Origin: an uncultured Pelagibacteraceae bacterium
Lineage (GTDB): Bacteria; Pseudomonadota; Alphaproteobacteria; Pelagibacterales; AG-422-B15
Assembly (NCBI GenBank): GCA_902524285.1
Contig: CABZCR010000001.1
Span: forward strand, 81,774-145,773
Reading direction: 5' to 3'
Length of the DNA stretch: 64,000 nucleotides
Shown here: in pieces, positions 36,928-46,558 of the stretch
How the letters are laid out: each line of letters opens with the position of its first letter
How positions within the stretch are numbered: position 1 is the stretch's first letter
Position numbers and translations under genes: made by a program
Notes under the pieces: generated by a model
Database searches by the model: none
What the model was told of the DNA's origin: nothing
The model's input: only the letters and a program-made list of their open reading frames with translations

Positions 36928-38073
36928 TTATTGAAAGTACTTAGTGATTATAAGACTGTAAATTTCTTTAAGCTTAGTTATGTCCTCAGTTTTTACATTT
37001 TCATCAATTTGGTGTGCGGTTTCTCCAATAAGTCCAAACTCCGCTACCTCGCAGTAATCTTTAAAAAATCTTGCATCTGATGTTCCACCTGTTGTTGTAA
37101 GTGAAGAATTCATTCCTGTAATCTCATCAACAGAACTTTTCACTATCTCTGTAAATTTACCTTTTTCAGTTAAAAATGGTTCTGCAGAATTGTTAAAAGT
37201 TACATCAACTTTATAGTCACTATTATTGATATTTTTTGAAACAACTTCATTGATCATTGATTGAAGACTCTCTTTTGTGTGATTAATATTGTAGCGAATA
37301 TTAAATATTCCAGTTGAGGTTTGTGGAACAATATTAGTCGCACCTTCACTTGACTCAATTTTAACAATTTCCATATTTGATGGTGGAAAGTCTTCTGTAC
37401 CTTTATCAAGCTCTAAATTACACAGTGTATTGAGTATTGATGTCAGAGGATTTATTGGGTTGAGAGTCCATTCTGGATAGGCAACATGACCTTGCTTCCC
37501 TGAAACTTTAATAGTCGTGGTAATACTCCCTCTTCTTCCAATTTTAATCATTTCACCTAAATTACTTGGGCATGTTGGTTCTCCAACTAAGCAACTATCT
37601 ATCTTCTCGCCATTTTTATAAATTTCCTCAAGTACTTTTTTTGTTCCATTGATTGCAGGACCTTCTTCATCATTTGTAATTAAGAGACTTATGGTGCCTT
37701 TCATCTCATTATTCTCTAGGTATTCTCTTACTGCTGAAACAAATGCAGCTATAGCAGATTTCATATCGCTCGCACCACGGCCATATAACTTTCCATTTTT
37801 TTCAGTAGCCTCAAATGGATTTGAATTCCATGCATTTTCATCACCAACTGGAACAACATCAGTATGACCTCCAAAACACAAATGTGGAGCACCACTCCCA
37901 ATCTTTGCAAATAAATTGTCTACATCCGGGGTATCAGTATCACTGAATAAATATCGATTGCATGTAAATCCCATGTCAGTGAGCTCCTTTTGGAGTAGGT
38001 CTAATACCCCTTCGTTATTAGGTGTAACACTTGGACAAGAAATAAGTGATTTTGTTAGCTCAACGACTTCCAT
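36928..38073 (-). CDS. dapE: succinyl-diaminopimelate desuccinylase
   Basis: 381 aa M20 peptidase with HLCFGGHTDVVP, GRGASDMK and NDEEG. Confidence 0.9.
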   Translation of the reverse strand: MEVVELTKSLISCPSVTPNNEGVLDLLQKELTDMGFTCNRYLFSDTDTPDVDNLFAKIGSGAPHLCFGGHTDVVPVGDENAWNSNPFEATEKNGKLYGRGASDMKSAIAAFVSAVREYLENNEMKGTISLLITNDEEGPAINGTKKVLEEIYKNGEKIDSCLVGEPTCPSNLGEMIKIGRRGSITTTIKVSGKQGHVAYPEWTLNPINPLTSILNTLCNLELDKGTEDFPPSNMEIVKIESSEGATNIVPQTSTGIFNIRYNINHTKESLQSMINEVVSKNINNSDYKVDVTFNNSAEPFLTEKGKFTEIVKSSVDEITGMNSSLTTTGGTSDARFFKDYCEVAEFGLIGETAHQIDENVKTEDITKLKEIYSLIITKYFQ

Positions 38074-38076
38074 AAT

Positions 38077-38901
38077 TTATTCTCGTAGTAGATCGTTTAT
38101 CGATGTTTTCTTTCTTGTGTTTTCATCAACTGTTTTAACGATTACAACACAATATAAGCTTGGCTTTTTTGGATCTTCATTAGGAAGACTACCTGGAACT
38201 ACTACAGAATAAGCAGGCACTTCACCGTAACTTATTTCGCCTGTAGACCTGTTCACAATTTTTGTTGATGCTCCTAAGTATACTCCCATTGAGAGAACCG
38301 ATCCTTCTCTTACAATTACACCTTCAGCAACTTCAGCTCTTGCGCCAACAAAACAATCATCTTCAATTATTACTGGATTTGCTTGTAGTGGCTCTAAAAC
38401 ACCACCAATACCAACACCGCCTGATAAGTGACAGTTTTTTCCAATCTGAGCACATGAGCCAACTGTTGCCCATGTATCAACCATTGTGCCTTCATCAATG
38501 TAAGCGCCAATATTTACAAAAGATGGCATCAGCACCACGCCTTTACCTATGAAAGATCCTTCGCGAACGGTACCATTTGGAACATGTCGGTAGCCAGCTT
38601 CTTTCCATTGATCCTCATTCCAATCAACAGTTTTACCTTTCACCTTGTCATACCAAGACGTATAGGGTCCTTTTAAAATTTTATTATCATTTATTCGAAA
38701 TGATATAAGAACAGCTTTTTTTAACCACTGATTAACAATCCAATCATTTCCATTTTTTTCTGCAATTCTAAATTGTCCATTATCAAGTTTTTTTATAACT
38801 TCATTTACAGCATCAGCGATGTCTGCATCGTTAGGAGAAATTTTAGTAATATTTTCCCAAGCACTTTCAATTTTATTTTTTAATTCTGTATTATCACTCA
38901 T
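38077..38901 (-). CDS. dapD: 2,3,4,5-tetrahydropyridine-2,6-dicarboxylate N-succinyltransferase
   Basis: 274 aa with hexapeptide repeats and a DapD-type N-terminal domain. Confidence 0.9.
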   Translation of the reverse strand: MSDNTELKNKIESAWENITKISPNDADIADAVNEVIKKLDNGQFRIAEKNGNDWIVNQWLKKAVLISFRINDNKILKGPYTSWYDKVKGKTVDWNEDQWKEAGYRHVPNGTVREGSFIGKGVVLMPSFVNIGAYIDEGTMVDTWATVGSCAQIGKNCHLSGGVGIGGVLEPLQANPVIIEDDCFVGARAEVAEGVIVREGSVLSMGVYLGASTKIVNRSTGEISYGEVPAYSVVVPGSLPNEDPKKPSLYCVVIVKTVDENTRKKTSINDLLRE

Positions 38902-39785
38902 TTCTTTATCAGTGTTCCTGCACCTTTCGTGGTTAGGAGCTCCATAACCACTGCATTTTGTTTACGACCATCGATTAAAGCAACTCCTTTTGCCCCATTT
39001 TTAAGTGTATTGAAACATGCCTTTATTTTGGGAATCATACCACTTTTTATAGTGCCTTTTTTTATGTATTGAAATGCTTTTTTACGGTCCAGCTCGGTAA
39101 TTAATTTTTTGTTATTATCCATTACCCCTTCTACATCTGTCAAAAGCAGAAGCCTTTCGGCTTTGACTGTCTCCGCGATAAACGCAGCTGCAGTATCAGC
39201 ATTAATATTTAGCGTATTTTTATTTGAATCATATCCCAACGGTGCAATCACTGGTATTTGATTTTTACCCAGCGCTGCTTGAATTAATGATTTATTAATT
39301 TTTTTGGGCTCTCCAACAAAACCAATATTCCCATTCATGGCTATTTTTGAATTGATGATTTTTTGTCTAATACCATCAAAACGTTTAGGTTTACCGCCAT
39401 ATTTTGTAATTTCATGTGAAATAAGTTTATTGAGATCATTGGCTAGAACCGTCTTAACAACACTTAAAATCTGTTTTGTTGTAACCCTTAAACCTTGGTA
39501 TTCCTCATTCTTAATTTTTTTCTCTCTCAATTGATTTTCAATTTGTGGCCCTCCACCATGAACAATAATGACTTTCATTCCCAATTGGTTCAGAAGAGCA
39601 ATATTTTTTGCAAATGATTTTACTAAATGAGGTTTTGTAAGAGCATAACCCCCGTATTTAATAACAATAATTCGATTTTTATATCTTCTAATAAATTGAT
39701 CTGTACTGTTGAAATACTTTTTTCCTGATGGCCAATATTTATGTAAAAGCTTAGAGCTTTCACTCACATTATTTTTTATAGACAT
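38898..39785 (-). CDS. argB: acetylglutamate kinase
   Basis: 295 aa with [18 protein letters not shown] and NINADTAAA. Confidence 0.9.
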   Translation of the reverse strand: MSIKNNVSESSKLLHKYWPSGKKYFNSTDQFIRRYKNRIIVIKYGGYALTKPHLVKSFAKNIALLNQLGMKVIIVHGGGPQIENQLREKKIKNEEYQGLRVTTKQILSVVKTVLANDLNKLISHEITKYGGKPKRFDGIRQKIINSKIAMNGNIGFVGEPKKINKSLIQAALGKNQIPVIAPLGYDSNKNTLNINADTAAAFIAETVKAERLLLLTDVEGVMDNNKKLITELDRKKAFQYIKKGTIKSGMIPKIKACFNTLKNGAKGVALIDGRKQNAVVMELLTTKGAGTLIKK

Positions 39786-39786
39786 T

Positions 39787-41508
39787 TTAATTTGTTTTGA
39801 CCGTGGTTCTTTTATTGATTATCCACTGTTGAATAATCGAGAGTACATTATTTGTTGTCCAATAAATTACAAGACCAGCTGCAAATTGCGCTAAAAGAAT
39901 TGTAATAAAAAGTGGTAAGAACATGAATATTCTTGCTTGAATTGGATCTGGGGGAGCTGGGTTGAGTTTTTGTTGTATGTACATCGTTAAGCCCATTAAA
40001 ATTGGCCAAATTCCAATAATTAAAAATGATGGAGGATCCCATGGTATAAGGCCAAATGCGTTGAAAATAGTAGTTGGATCTTTTGAAGCAAGGTCTTGAA
40101 TCCATCCATAAAAAGGGGCATGTCGCATTTCAATTGAAACAAATAACATCTTATAAATCGCAAAGAAAAATGGAATTTGAATAAGTATTGGCAAACAGCC
40201 TGAGATTGGATTTACTTTTTCCTTTTTATACAAAGCCATTAGTGCTTGTTGTTGCTGCGCTCTATCATCTTTGTGGAGCTCTTTAATTCTTGTCATTTCA
40301 GGTTGAAGCATTTTCATCTTAGCCATGGAGATGAATGACCAGTTTGCAAGAGGAAAGAAAACAATTCTTGTAATAACTGTTAATATAATGATAGCCAAAC
40401 CAAAATTTCCTGATAATTCAGAGAAGAAGTAAATTACGTTAAATAAAGGTTTTGTGAGAAAATAGAACCAGCCCCAGTCAATCGCTAAATCAAAATTATA
40501 AATGCCATAATCTTCTTGATATCGATCAATGAGTTTTGCTTCTTTAGCACCAATAAATATTTGACTCTCAACAATGTGATCACTACCAGCTGCAACTTTC
40601 GTTGCATTTAGAGATCTGAAGTAAGCAATGTATCCGTTATCATAAGTATAAATAGCTTTGAATGATTTATTCTGATCTGGAATGAGCGCAGCTAACCAGT
40701 ATTTATCGGTAATTCCTACCCAACCATTATCACTTTCAAAGTTAAGTGTTTCTTCATCATCTTTAAGGTCGTCGTAATCTATTAATTCAAGTTTTTCTTG
40801 TAAGACACCTAGCAGCCCTTCATGCAGAATAAACATTCCTGATAAAGAAGGCGCTTGTTTTCTTGTTACCTTACTTGCGTTATTTATAATAATTTCTTCA
40901 TTCGAATTATTTTTAACCTCTTGCGTAATATCAAATAAATAGTCTTCATCTAAGCCAATTGTAGTTATAAATGTCTGACCAGTTGTATTGCTCCATTCAA
41001 ATTCAACTTCGTTGTTCGATCTAAGAGTAGCATTGCTATTAGACACTTTCCATATAGACTCAGCATTTGGTGTTTCAAAATTAGCGTCTTGATTTTTTAT
41101 CCATCCAAATGTTACTTCATAGCCATCATAAGTATCAATTGGTTGTAAAACTCTAATTTTTTCTGAAAACTCCTCTTGAGTTTCATTATATTTCTTGAGA
41201 ATGATGTCATCAATCCTTAGACCTTTTAGATTAATTGATCCAATAATACTGTCCGTTTCAATTTTTACTCTTTTATCAGCATTTAGTGCCTCGTCTAAAC
41301 CAATGTTATCATTTTCGGCAATACCGAGAGATCTCTCAATTTCATCAATGGCTTCCATATCAAGTTCATTTGAATTAACCTCTGACACATCACCACTTTC
41401 TATTTCTCCATTAAGCACTTCTTGCTCAGGTGCTTCAAAGAAAAAACTCCAGATAAACAGAACACCTACCGAGAGTATTATTGCAAGTATTAGATTTCTA
41501 CTTTCCAT
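39787..41508 (-). CDS. yidC: membrane protein insertase YidC
   Basis: 573 aa with an N-terminal anchor, a large periplasmic domain and a C-terminal 60-kDa IMP core (GCLPILIQIPFFFAIY). Confidence 0.95.
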   Translation of the reverse strand: MESRNLILAIILSVGVLFIWSFFFEAPEQEVLNGEIESGDVSEVNSNELDMEAIDEIERSLGIAENDNIGLDEALNADKRVKIETDSIIGSINLKGLRIDDIILKKYNETQEEFSEKIRVLQPIDTYDGYEVTFGWIKNQDANFETPNAESIWKVSNSNATLRSNNEVEFEWSNTTGQTFITTIGLDEDYLFDITQEVKNNSNEEIIINNASKVTRKQAPSLSGMFILHEGLLGVLQEKLELIDYDDLKDDEETLNFESDNGWVGITDKYWLAALIPDQNKSFKAIYTYDNGYIAYFRSLNATKVAAGSDHIVESQIFIGAKEAKLIDRYQEDYGIYNFDLAIDWGWFYFLTKPLFNVIYFFSELSGNFGLAIIILTVITRIVFFPLANWSFISMAKMKMLQPEMTRIKELHKDDRAQQQQALMALYKKEKVNPISGCLPILIQIPFFFAIYKMLFVSIEMRHAPFYGWIQDLASKDPTTIFNAFGLIPWDPPSFLIIGIWPILMGLTMYIQQKLNPAPPDPIQARIFMFLPLFITILLAQFAAGLVIYWTTNNVLSIIQQWIINKRTTVKTN

Positions 41509-41511
41509 AGG

Positions 41512-41745
41512 TTACTTCTTTTCTTTTGGAACAGGATCGTACCCTTCAGAACCACCTAAAAGTTTTATTGGATGACATTTTGTTATTCTCTTCATACCTA
41601 AATATGTTCCCTTAATTGGGCCGTGCTCTTCAATTGCCTCTTTTGCATACTCAGAGCATGTTGGTATAAAACGACAAGATGAGGGAAAATATGGAGAGAT
41701 TAATCTTTGATATAATACTATAAGAAATATAAATATTGTTTTCAT
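41512..41745 (-). CDS. yidD: membrane protein insertion efficiency factor YidD
   Basis: 77 aa with [23 protein letters not shown]. Confidence 0.9.
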   Translation of the reverse strand: MKTIFIFLIVLYQRLISPYFPSSCRFIPTCSEYAKEAIEEHGPIKGTYLGMKRITKCHPIKLLGGSEGYDPVPKEKK

Positions 41746-41748
41746 TTG

Positions 41749-42081
41749 TTAACTATGAATTTTTTTAATTGCAGCATTCATTTCAAATTCTAGATTTTTA
41801 AAATCTTCAATAAGCGAATTTTTCTTGCCAATAATTACGTAATTCCAATTTTTAATACCATATTCTCCAATAATATTTTTTGCAATTACTCTTAATCGCC
41901 TCTTTATTTTATTTCTTACGACAGCGTTTCCATTTTGTTTTGAAACTGTGTATCCAACTTTTACCTTATTACACGATTTATCCTCGTAAGCCTGTAATAA
42001 AAAGGACTTACTTCTAAAGAAGCGTCCACTTTTAGCTCTCTGAAAATCCTTTGAGGATTTTAATGTCTCTAATTTGTTCAT
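41749..42081 (-). CDS. rnpA: ribonuclease P protein component
   Basis: I trimmed the start to the ATG at 42081 (MNKLETLKSSKDFQRA...). The RNR-like motif is AVVRNKIKRRLR. It follows rpmH. Confidence 0.85.
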   Translation of the reverse strand: MNKLETLKSSKDFQRAKSGRFFRSKSFLLQAYEDKSCNKVKVGYTVSKQNGNAVVRNKIKRRLRVIAKNIIGEYGIKNWNYVIIGKKNSLIEDFKNLEFEMNAAIKKIHS

Positions 42082-42104
42082 TGAATATCTTGTTCTAAGC
42101 TGAG

Positions 42105-42239
42105 AGAACTTTTCTGCCCTTAGCACGGCGCCTAGCCAAAATAATCCTTCCATCTTTAGTCGCAGAACGTGCTCTAAATCCATGACGTCTTTTTCTGACT
42201 AAGTTGCTTGGTTGAAATGTTCTTTTCATAATTCTATTT
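42105..42239 (-). CDS. rpmH: 50S ribosomal protein L34 (below ORF-track cutoff)
   Basis: My translation is [44 protein letters not shown] (44 aa), a canonical L34. Confidence 0.95.
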
Positions 42240-42253
42240 TGTTAGGTGATTGG

Positions 42254-42282
42254 CTTATAAATTGCATTCTATTGATAGTCAA
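42254..42282 (-). promoter_or_regulatory. candidate sigma70-type promoter of rpmH operon (TTGACT-17-TATAAG on the minus strand)
   Basis: -35 is the reverse complement of 42277-42282. -10 is the reverse complement of 42254-42259. The spacer is exactly 17 nt. Confidence 0.45.
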
Positions 42283-42305
42283 TTAATATTCATTAAATAA
42301 GATAT

Positions 42306-43001
42306 ATGTTTAAAAATAAGTCATTAAGGTTACTGGGGATTGGTCTCGCTATCATTCTAATTTTATATTTTCTGGGAAAATATAACCCTATATCCATGGA
42401 ATTTCTAATAAACCAACATGGATATATTCAGGATTATATACTTTCCTATCCATCACTCTCAGTCGTTATATGCATCTTAATAATTGCAGTGATGATTTCT
42501 TTAATGGGGCCAATAACACCAGTGTGTATTTTAGCAGGATTTTACTTTGGTCTATATGTAGGATTACTCATAGCGATAATTGGTGAAATCACGGGAGCAG
42601 TAATTGTATTTTTGTATGGTAGATATTTATTTAAAGCTTATATTTTAAAACAATTCGGTGAAAGATTTAAAAAGTTCAAAGATGGTTTTAATCGTAATTC
42701 GATAAGTTACTTGCTCTTTATAAGAGTTATAGGTGGAGTTCCTTTTGGAATACAAAATTTACTTCCAGCCGTCTTGGATATGAAGTTTAGAGACTATTTT
42801 ATAGCAACGATCTTTGGTGTTATTCCCTGGGCATACATTTTAGTGAGTATTGGAAATGGAATTCAAAATATTATGGAAACGCAAAATTTTTCATCAAGTG
42901 ATATTTTAAAAATTGAGTATTTACTTCCTGTTTTATTGATAAGTATAATTGTAATAGTTCCTGTAATTTACAAATTTATAAAAAAAAGATTTTTGGTTTG
43001 A
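42306..43001 (+). CDS. TVP38/TMEM64 (DedA-related, SNARE-associated) family membrane protein
   Basis: 231 aa, multi-TM, with FLFIRVIGGVPFGIQNLLPAV. Confidence 0.7.
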   Translation: MFKNKSLRLLGIGLAIILILYFLGKYNPISMEFLINQHGYIQDYILSYPSLSVVICILIIAVMISLMGPITPVCILAGFYFGLYVGLLIAIIGEITGAVIVFLYGRYLFKAYILKQFGERFKKFKDGFNRNSISYLLFIRVIGGVPFGIQNLLPAVLDMKFRDYFIATIFGVIPWAYILVSIGNGIQNIMETQNFSSSDILKIEYLLPVLLISIIVIVPVIYKFIKKRFLV

Positions 43002-43033
43002 TTATAAGAAAATAAACTATAATCAACTTATAT

Positions 43034-43110
43034 GCGCCGGTGGCTCAGCTGGATAGAGCACCAGACTACGAATCTGGGGGTCGGGAGTTCGAATCTCTCC
43101 CGGCGCGCCA
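43034..43110 (+). tRNA. tRNA-Arg (anticodon ACG)
   Basis: 77 nt. Acceptor GCGCCGG/CCGGCGC; anticodon stem CCAGA/TCTGG with loop CTACGAA; T-loop GTTCGAATC; encoded CCA. Confidence 0.93.
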
Positions 43111-43119
43111 TTAAAATTT

Positions 43120-43995
43120 ATGTTTAACAAATTATCAAATACAAAAAAGGGAACCCTACTTGCATTCATTGGAGTAATGATTGTTACCCCAGATTCACTA
43201 ATTATAAGACTCGTATCAATAGATACATGGAACCTTTTGTTTTATAGATCTCTGTTTCCTGGAACTGCATTATTAATTGGCTATTTTATTTTCTTCAGTT
43301 CTAGAGCTATCCCAGATTTTATGAGTATCGGAAAACCTGGGCTATTAAATGCAGTCTTAATAATGGGATCTAACATTACATTTATTTTAGCTTTAGCGAA
43401 TACTGATGTCGCAAACGCTTTAATAATGATTAGTCTTGTTCCGATAATTGCGTCAATATTTTCATTTATTTTTCTTAATGAGAAACCTCAATTGATCACT
43501 TGGATTTGCTCTCTTGGTTGTTTGATTGCTGTAATTTATATTTTCTATGAGTCATACGAGCTTAATCGAGATCTTGGTGATTTTTATGGACTCCTATGTG
43601 CTGCTTTTGTTGGAGCAAGCTTAACTGTAATGAGAAGTTCGCCAAATATCAATTTTGTGCCCTCATATATATTAGGAAAACTTTTAACAGCTTGCGTAGC
43701 AGTATTCTTTGTTAATAGTTTTATAATTAATTCAACTGATTTAATACTTTTGTCATTAATGATAGTCACAGTAGGCGTATCTTTTGTATTTATAAGTATT
43801 GCACCACAATTCATTAGTTCTCCTGAAGTAGGAATTTTCTTTTTACTCGAGACCGCTTTAGGACCTTTATGGGTGTGGTTTTTTATCAGTGAAGCGCCAA
43901 CGCAAAAAACCTTGATTGGTGGCATTTTTATAATAACTATTATATTTATTCACTCTTACTATATGATAAGAAAAGAACGTTCAGAACGGAAATGA
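43120..43995 (+). CDS. DMT superfamily (EamA-like) transporter
   Basis: 291 aa with 10 TM segments in two EamA-like halves. Confidence 0.8.
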   Translation: MFNKLSNTKKGTLLAFIGVMIVTPDSLIIRLVSIDTWNLLFYRSLFPGTALLIGYFIFFSSRAIPDFMSIGKPGLLNAVLIMGSNITFILALANTDVANALIMISLVPIIASIFSFIFLNEKPQLITWICSLGCLIAVIYIFYESYELNRDLGDFYGLLCAAFVGASLTVMRSSPNINFVPSYILGKLLTACVAVFFVNSFIINSTDLILLSLMIVTVGVSFVFISIAPQFISSPEVGIFFLLETALGPLWVWFFISEAPTQKTLIGGIFIITIIFIHSYYMIRKERSERK

Positions 43996-45056
43996 TGAAA
44001 AAATTATCAATTTTGGTTTTATTGTCTCTCATCTCTTGTGCTCAACCGCAAATACAGCTTCCAGACTACAGTACAACAATAACTGAAAAAGAGAGAGATA
44101 TACAAAACCAAATGTTCGCTGACTCATGGCTTGATACGTATTTACCATTTTCAACTATGGGCACAGATATATTGTTCAGCGCTTCAGATTTATGTGCTGA
44201 AGATGACAGAATATTTGCCCTTGGAATGAATCTTGCAAATGAGTACTCGGCATATGAAACTATTCGCAAAGAAATTAATAAGAGCCTTGCATTAGGATCA
44301 AAACTAAAAGTTGTGAGTTTAGGCACTAACTCGCCTGCAAGTAAAGCGGGTGTCTTTGTTGGTGATGAGATTTTAGAAATAGATGGTGAAAGCTTAATCC
44401 AGGGGGAAGATGCATTTAAATCTTATATTGAAAAGATTGATAAAGAATACCAAAAATTATATGAATTCAAGATTCTTAGAGGAGATGAATTTAAAAATAT
44501 AAAAATCAGAAGCGAACAAAGATGTCGTTTCAATTTTGTCATTGATCTTGATAACAATACTTTTAATGCTTTTGCAAATGGTGAGATTATGGTTTTTTCA
44601 CTGAGAATGGCAAAGTGGCTAATACAAAATGAAACTGGTGCTGCAATTGTTTTCGCTCATGAATTAGGTCATAATGCCAATAAGCACGTTGCAGACAAAA
44701 TTCAAAATGCAAACACGGGTGCTTTGCTTGGCTTGTTGGTTGGAATTTACGTTGGTCTGCCACAAGACATGATGGAGATGGGTCAAAGCATTGGTGCTAC
44801 AGCTTATTCAATTGAATACGAGAACGAGGCTGATTATCTTAGCATGTATATTTTAGCACAGGCAGGTTATAACTTAGATGACGCTGTAAATTTTTGGAGA
44901 AGATTTGCTGTAGAAGTTCCTAATTCAATTTACTCAACTGGAGGAACTCATCCATCAACTGCAGAAAGATATGTCAGAATGGAGTCAACAATAAAAGAAA
45001 TTAAAGATAAAATAAGTAAAGGCGAAAAACTTATACCATCGTATAAAAAGGAATAA
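43992..45056 (+). CDS. M48 family metallopeptidase lipoprotein with PDZ domain
   Basis: Lipobox LSLISC, PDZ-like segment VVSLGTNSPASKAGVFVGDEILEIDG and zinc motif FAHELGHN. Confidence 0.8.
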   Translation: MMKKLSILVLLSLISCAQPQIQLPDYSTTITEKERDIQNQMFADSWLDTYLPFSTMGTDILFSASDLCAEDDRIFALGMNLANEYSAYETIRKEINKSLALGSKLKVVSLGTNSPASKAGVFVGDEILEIDGESLIQGEDAFKSYIEKIDKEYQKLYEFKILRGDEFKNIKIRSEQRCRFNFVIDLDNNTFNAFANGEIMVFSLRMAKWLIQNETGAAIVFAHELGHNANKHVADKIQNANTGALLGLLVGIYVGLPQDMMEMGQSIGATAYSIEYENEADYLSMYILAQAGYNLDDAVNFWRRFAVEVPNSIYSTGGTHPSTAERYVRMESTIKEIKDKISKGEKLIPSYKKE

Positions 45057-45145
45057 AAAATGAACTTAATTAACGGAGTAATATTTGTAATTGTAATATT
45101 ATTGATCTTTTCTTTTGGTCTTAGCCTCTCTCTTGAGTTTTTATT

Positions 45146-45601
45146 CTAAGAAATTCTAAACTTCTTTTTAATTTTCTTTCGTTCTCTTACTTTGCTCAGT
45201 GGTTGATAAGCTTGTTTATGATGAGCTTGACAGTAGACAAATCCTTCATTCGTATTTCTCCCACAGAACTTAAAATCTATTTCCTCTGGTTCTCCGAGTG
45301 GCCATCTACATAAGCCATCCTTAATATCTTGAAATGATGTTGGATTCATTGGCTCATCAATAACAGGTGAGATATCAATTACTTTTTGACTTCTTAATAC
45401 ATTTATTCTTTTTTTTCGTATTATGGATATACCATTATTCTTGCTTTTCGAGGCCATCCTGCCTGAAAGACCTAATCTGTGCGCTTTTCCAATCACTGCA
45501 TTTCTTGTGACTTCACCTAATTCCGCTGCAATTCTGCTAGCTGTTAGACCTTCATCCCAAAGCTGTTTGAGCTTCTCAATTCTTTCATGTGTCCAGGGCA
45601 T
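45146..45601 (-). CDS. gcrA: cell-cycle transcriptional regulator GcrA
   Basis: 151 aa with N-terminus WTHERIEKLKQLWDEGLTASRIAAELGEVTRNAVIGKAHRLGL and C-terminus CRWPLGEP...FCG...YCQAH. Confidence 0.9.
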   Translation of the reverse strand: MPWTHERIEKLKQLWDEGLTASRIAAELGEVTRNAVIGKAHRLGLSGRMASKSKNNGISIIRKKRINVLRSQKVIDISPVIDEPMNPTSFQDIKDGLCRWPLGEPEEIDFKFCGRNTNEGFVYCQAHHKQAYQPLSKVRERKKIKKKFRIS

Positions 45602-45789
45602 AATTTCTCCTTAATAGATGGCAGATGTTACCACTACATTTTGATAAAATTCAATATAAATATACTAAATGTTGATATTATTGCTCAATCTGTGAGTATA
45701 AAAATTTATCTATAAATATCAGTTGAATAGAATAATTACTGAAATCTGAATATTAATGACATTTTAAGAAATTTAATTAAACAGACGCT

Positions 45790-46557
45790 ATGCGGTACAA
45801 TCCAATAAGTATTATTACTTTATACAAAAAAGAAGTTCAAAGATTTACTAAAATCCCACTCCAGACGATTGTTGCACCTGCAGCAACTAGTTTGCTTTTT
45901 ATGGTAATCTTTACTACAGCGATTGGTTCTGTAAGAACTAATTATCCACTCGATAGCTTTAAAAGTTTTCTATTCCCAGGCTTGATAATGATGACCATCA
46001 TTCAAAATGCATTTATGAATAATTCTTCTTCCATATTGATGTCTAAAGTACAGGGCAATATTGTTGATCTTTTGATGCCGCCTCTTAATAATATTGAAAT
46101 AATTTTAGCTTTTACTTTAGCTGGAATTACTAGGGGGTTAGTCGTTGCAGTTGCTTGCGCTCTCATGATGTACCCTTTTGCTGATGTTAGTATTTATAAT
46201 ATCTATATAATTCTTATTTTTGCTATAATAGCTTCAGCAATCATGTCATTAATTGGAACTATTTCAGGAATATGGGCTGAGAAATGGGATCATCTTGGAA
46301 CGGTAGGCAACTTTGTAATTGTTCCATTGTCTTTTCTGTCTGGCACATTCTATTCGATAACTGTGTTACCCGGACCCATTCAAACGGCAAGTTTATTAAA
46401 TCCATTTTTTTATATGATTGATGGTTTTCGTTATGGCTTCTTAGGTGTAAGTGACTCCTCATACCTTACAGCTATTTTTATATTGTTAGTAATTTTTATA
46501 TTTCTTATCGCGATAAATTATTTGATGTTAAAATCAGGTTATAAATTGAGACCATAA
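45790..46557 (+). CDS. ABC-2 type transporter permease (YadH-like)
   Basis: 255 aa with 6 TM segments and the ABC-2 pattern FLFPGLIMMTIIQNAF. Confidence 0.75.
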   Translation: MRYNPISIITLYKKEVQRFTKIPLQTIVAPAATSLLFMVIFTTAIGSVRTNYPLDSFKSFLFPGLIMMTIIQNAFMNNSSSILMSKVQGNIVDLLMPPLNNIEIILAFTLAGITRGLVVAVACALMMYPFADVSIYNIYIILIFAIIASAIMSLIGTISGIWAEKWDHLGTVGNFVIVPLSFLSGTFYSITVLPGPIQTASLLNPFFYMIDGFRYGFLGVSDSSYLTAIFILLVIFIFLIAINYLMLKSGYKLRP

Positions 46558-46558
46558 A

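Noticed and set aside
39787-42239. Treating the rpmH-rnpA-yidD-yidC block as marking a nearby dnaA/oriC region
   Set aside because: The gene divergent from rpmH is a TVP38-family membrane protein, not dnaA. The 66-bp spacer contains a good promoter but no DnaA boxes.
45060-45149. 29-codon hydrophobic ORF (MNLINGVIFVIVILLIFSFGLSLSLEFLF) between the M48 peptidase gene and gcrA
   Set aside because: It could be a real single-TM micro-protein. But it is very short, has no SD, overlaps the gcrA stop and is the kind of frame AT-rich DNA yields by chance. Support is not enough to call it.
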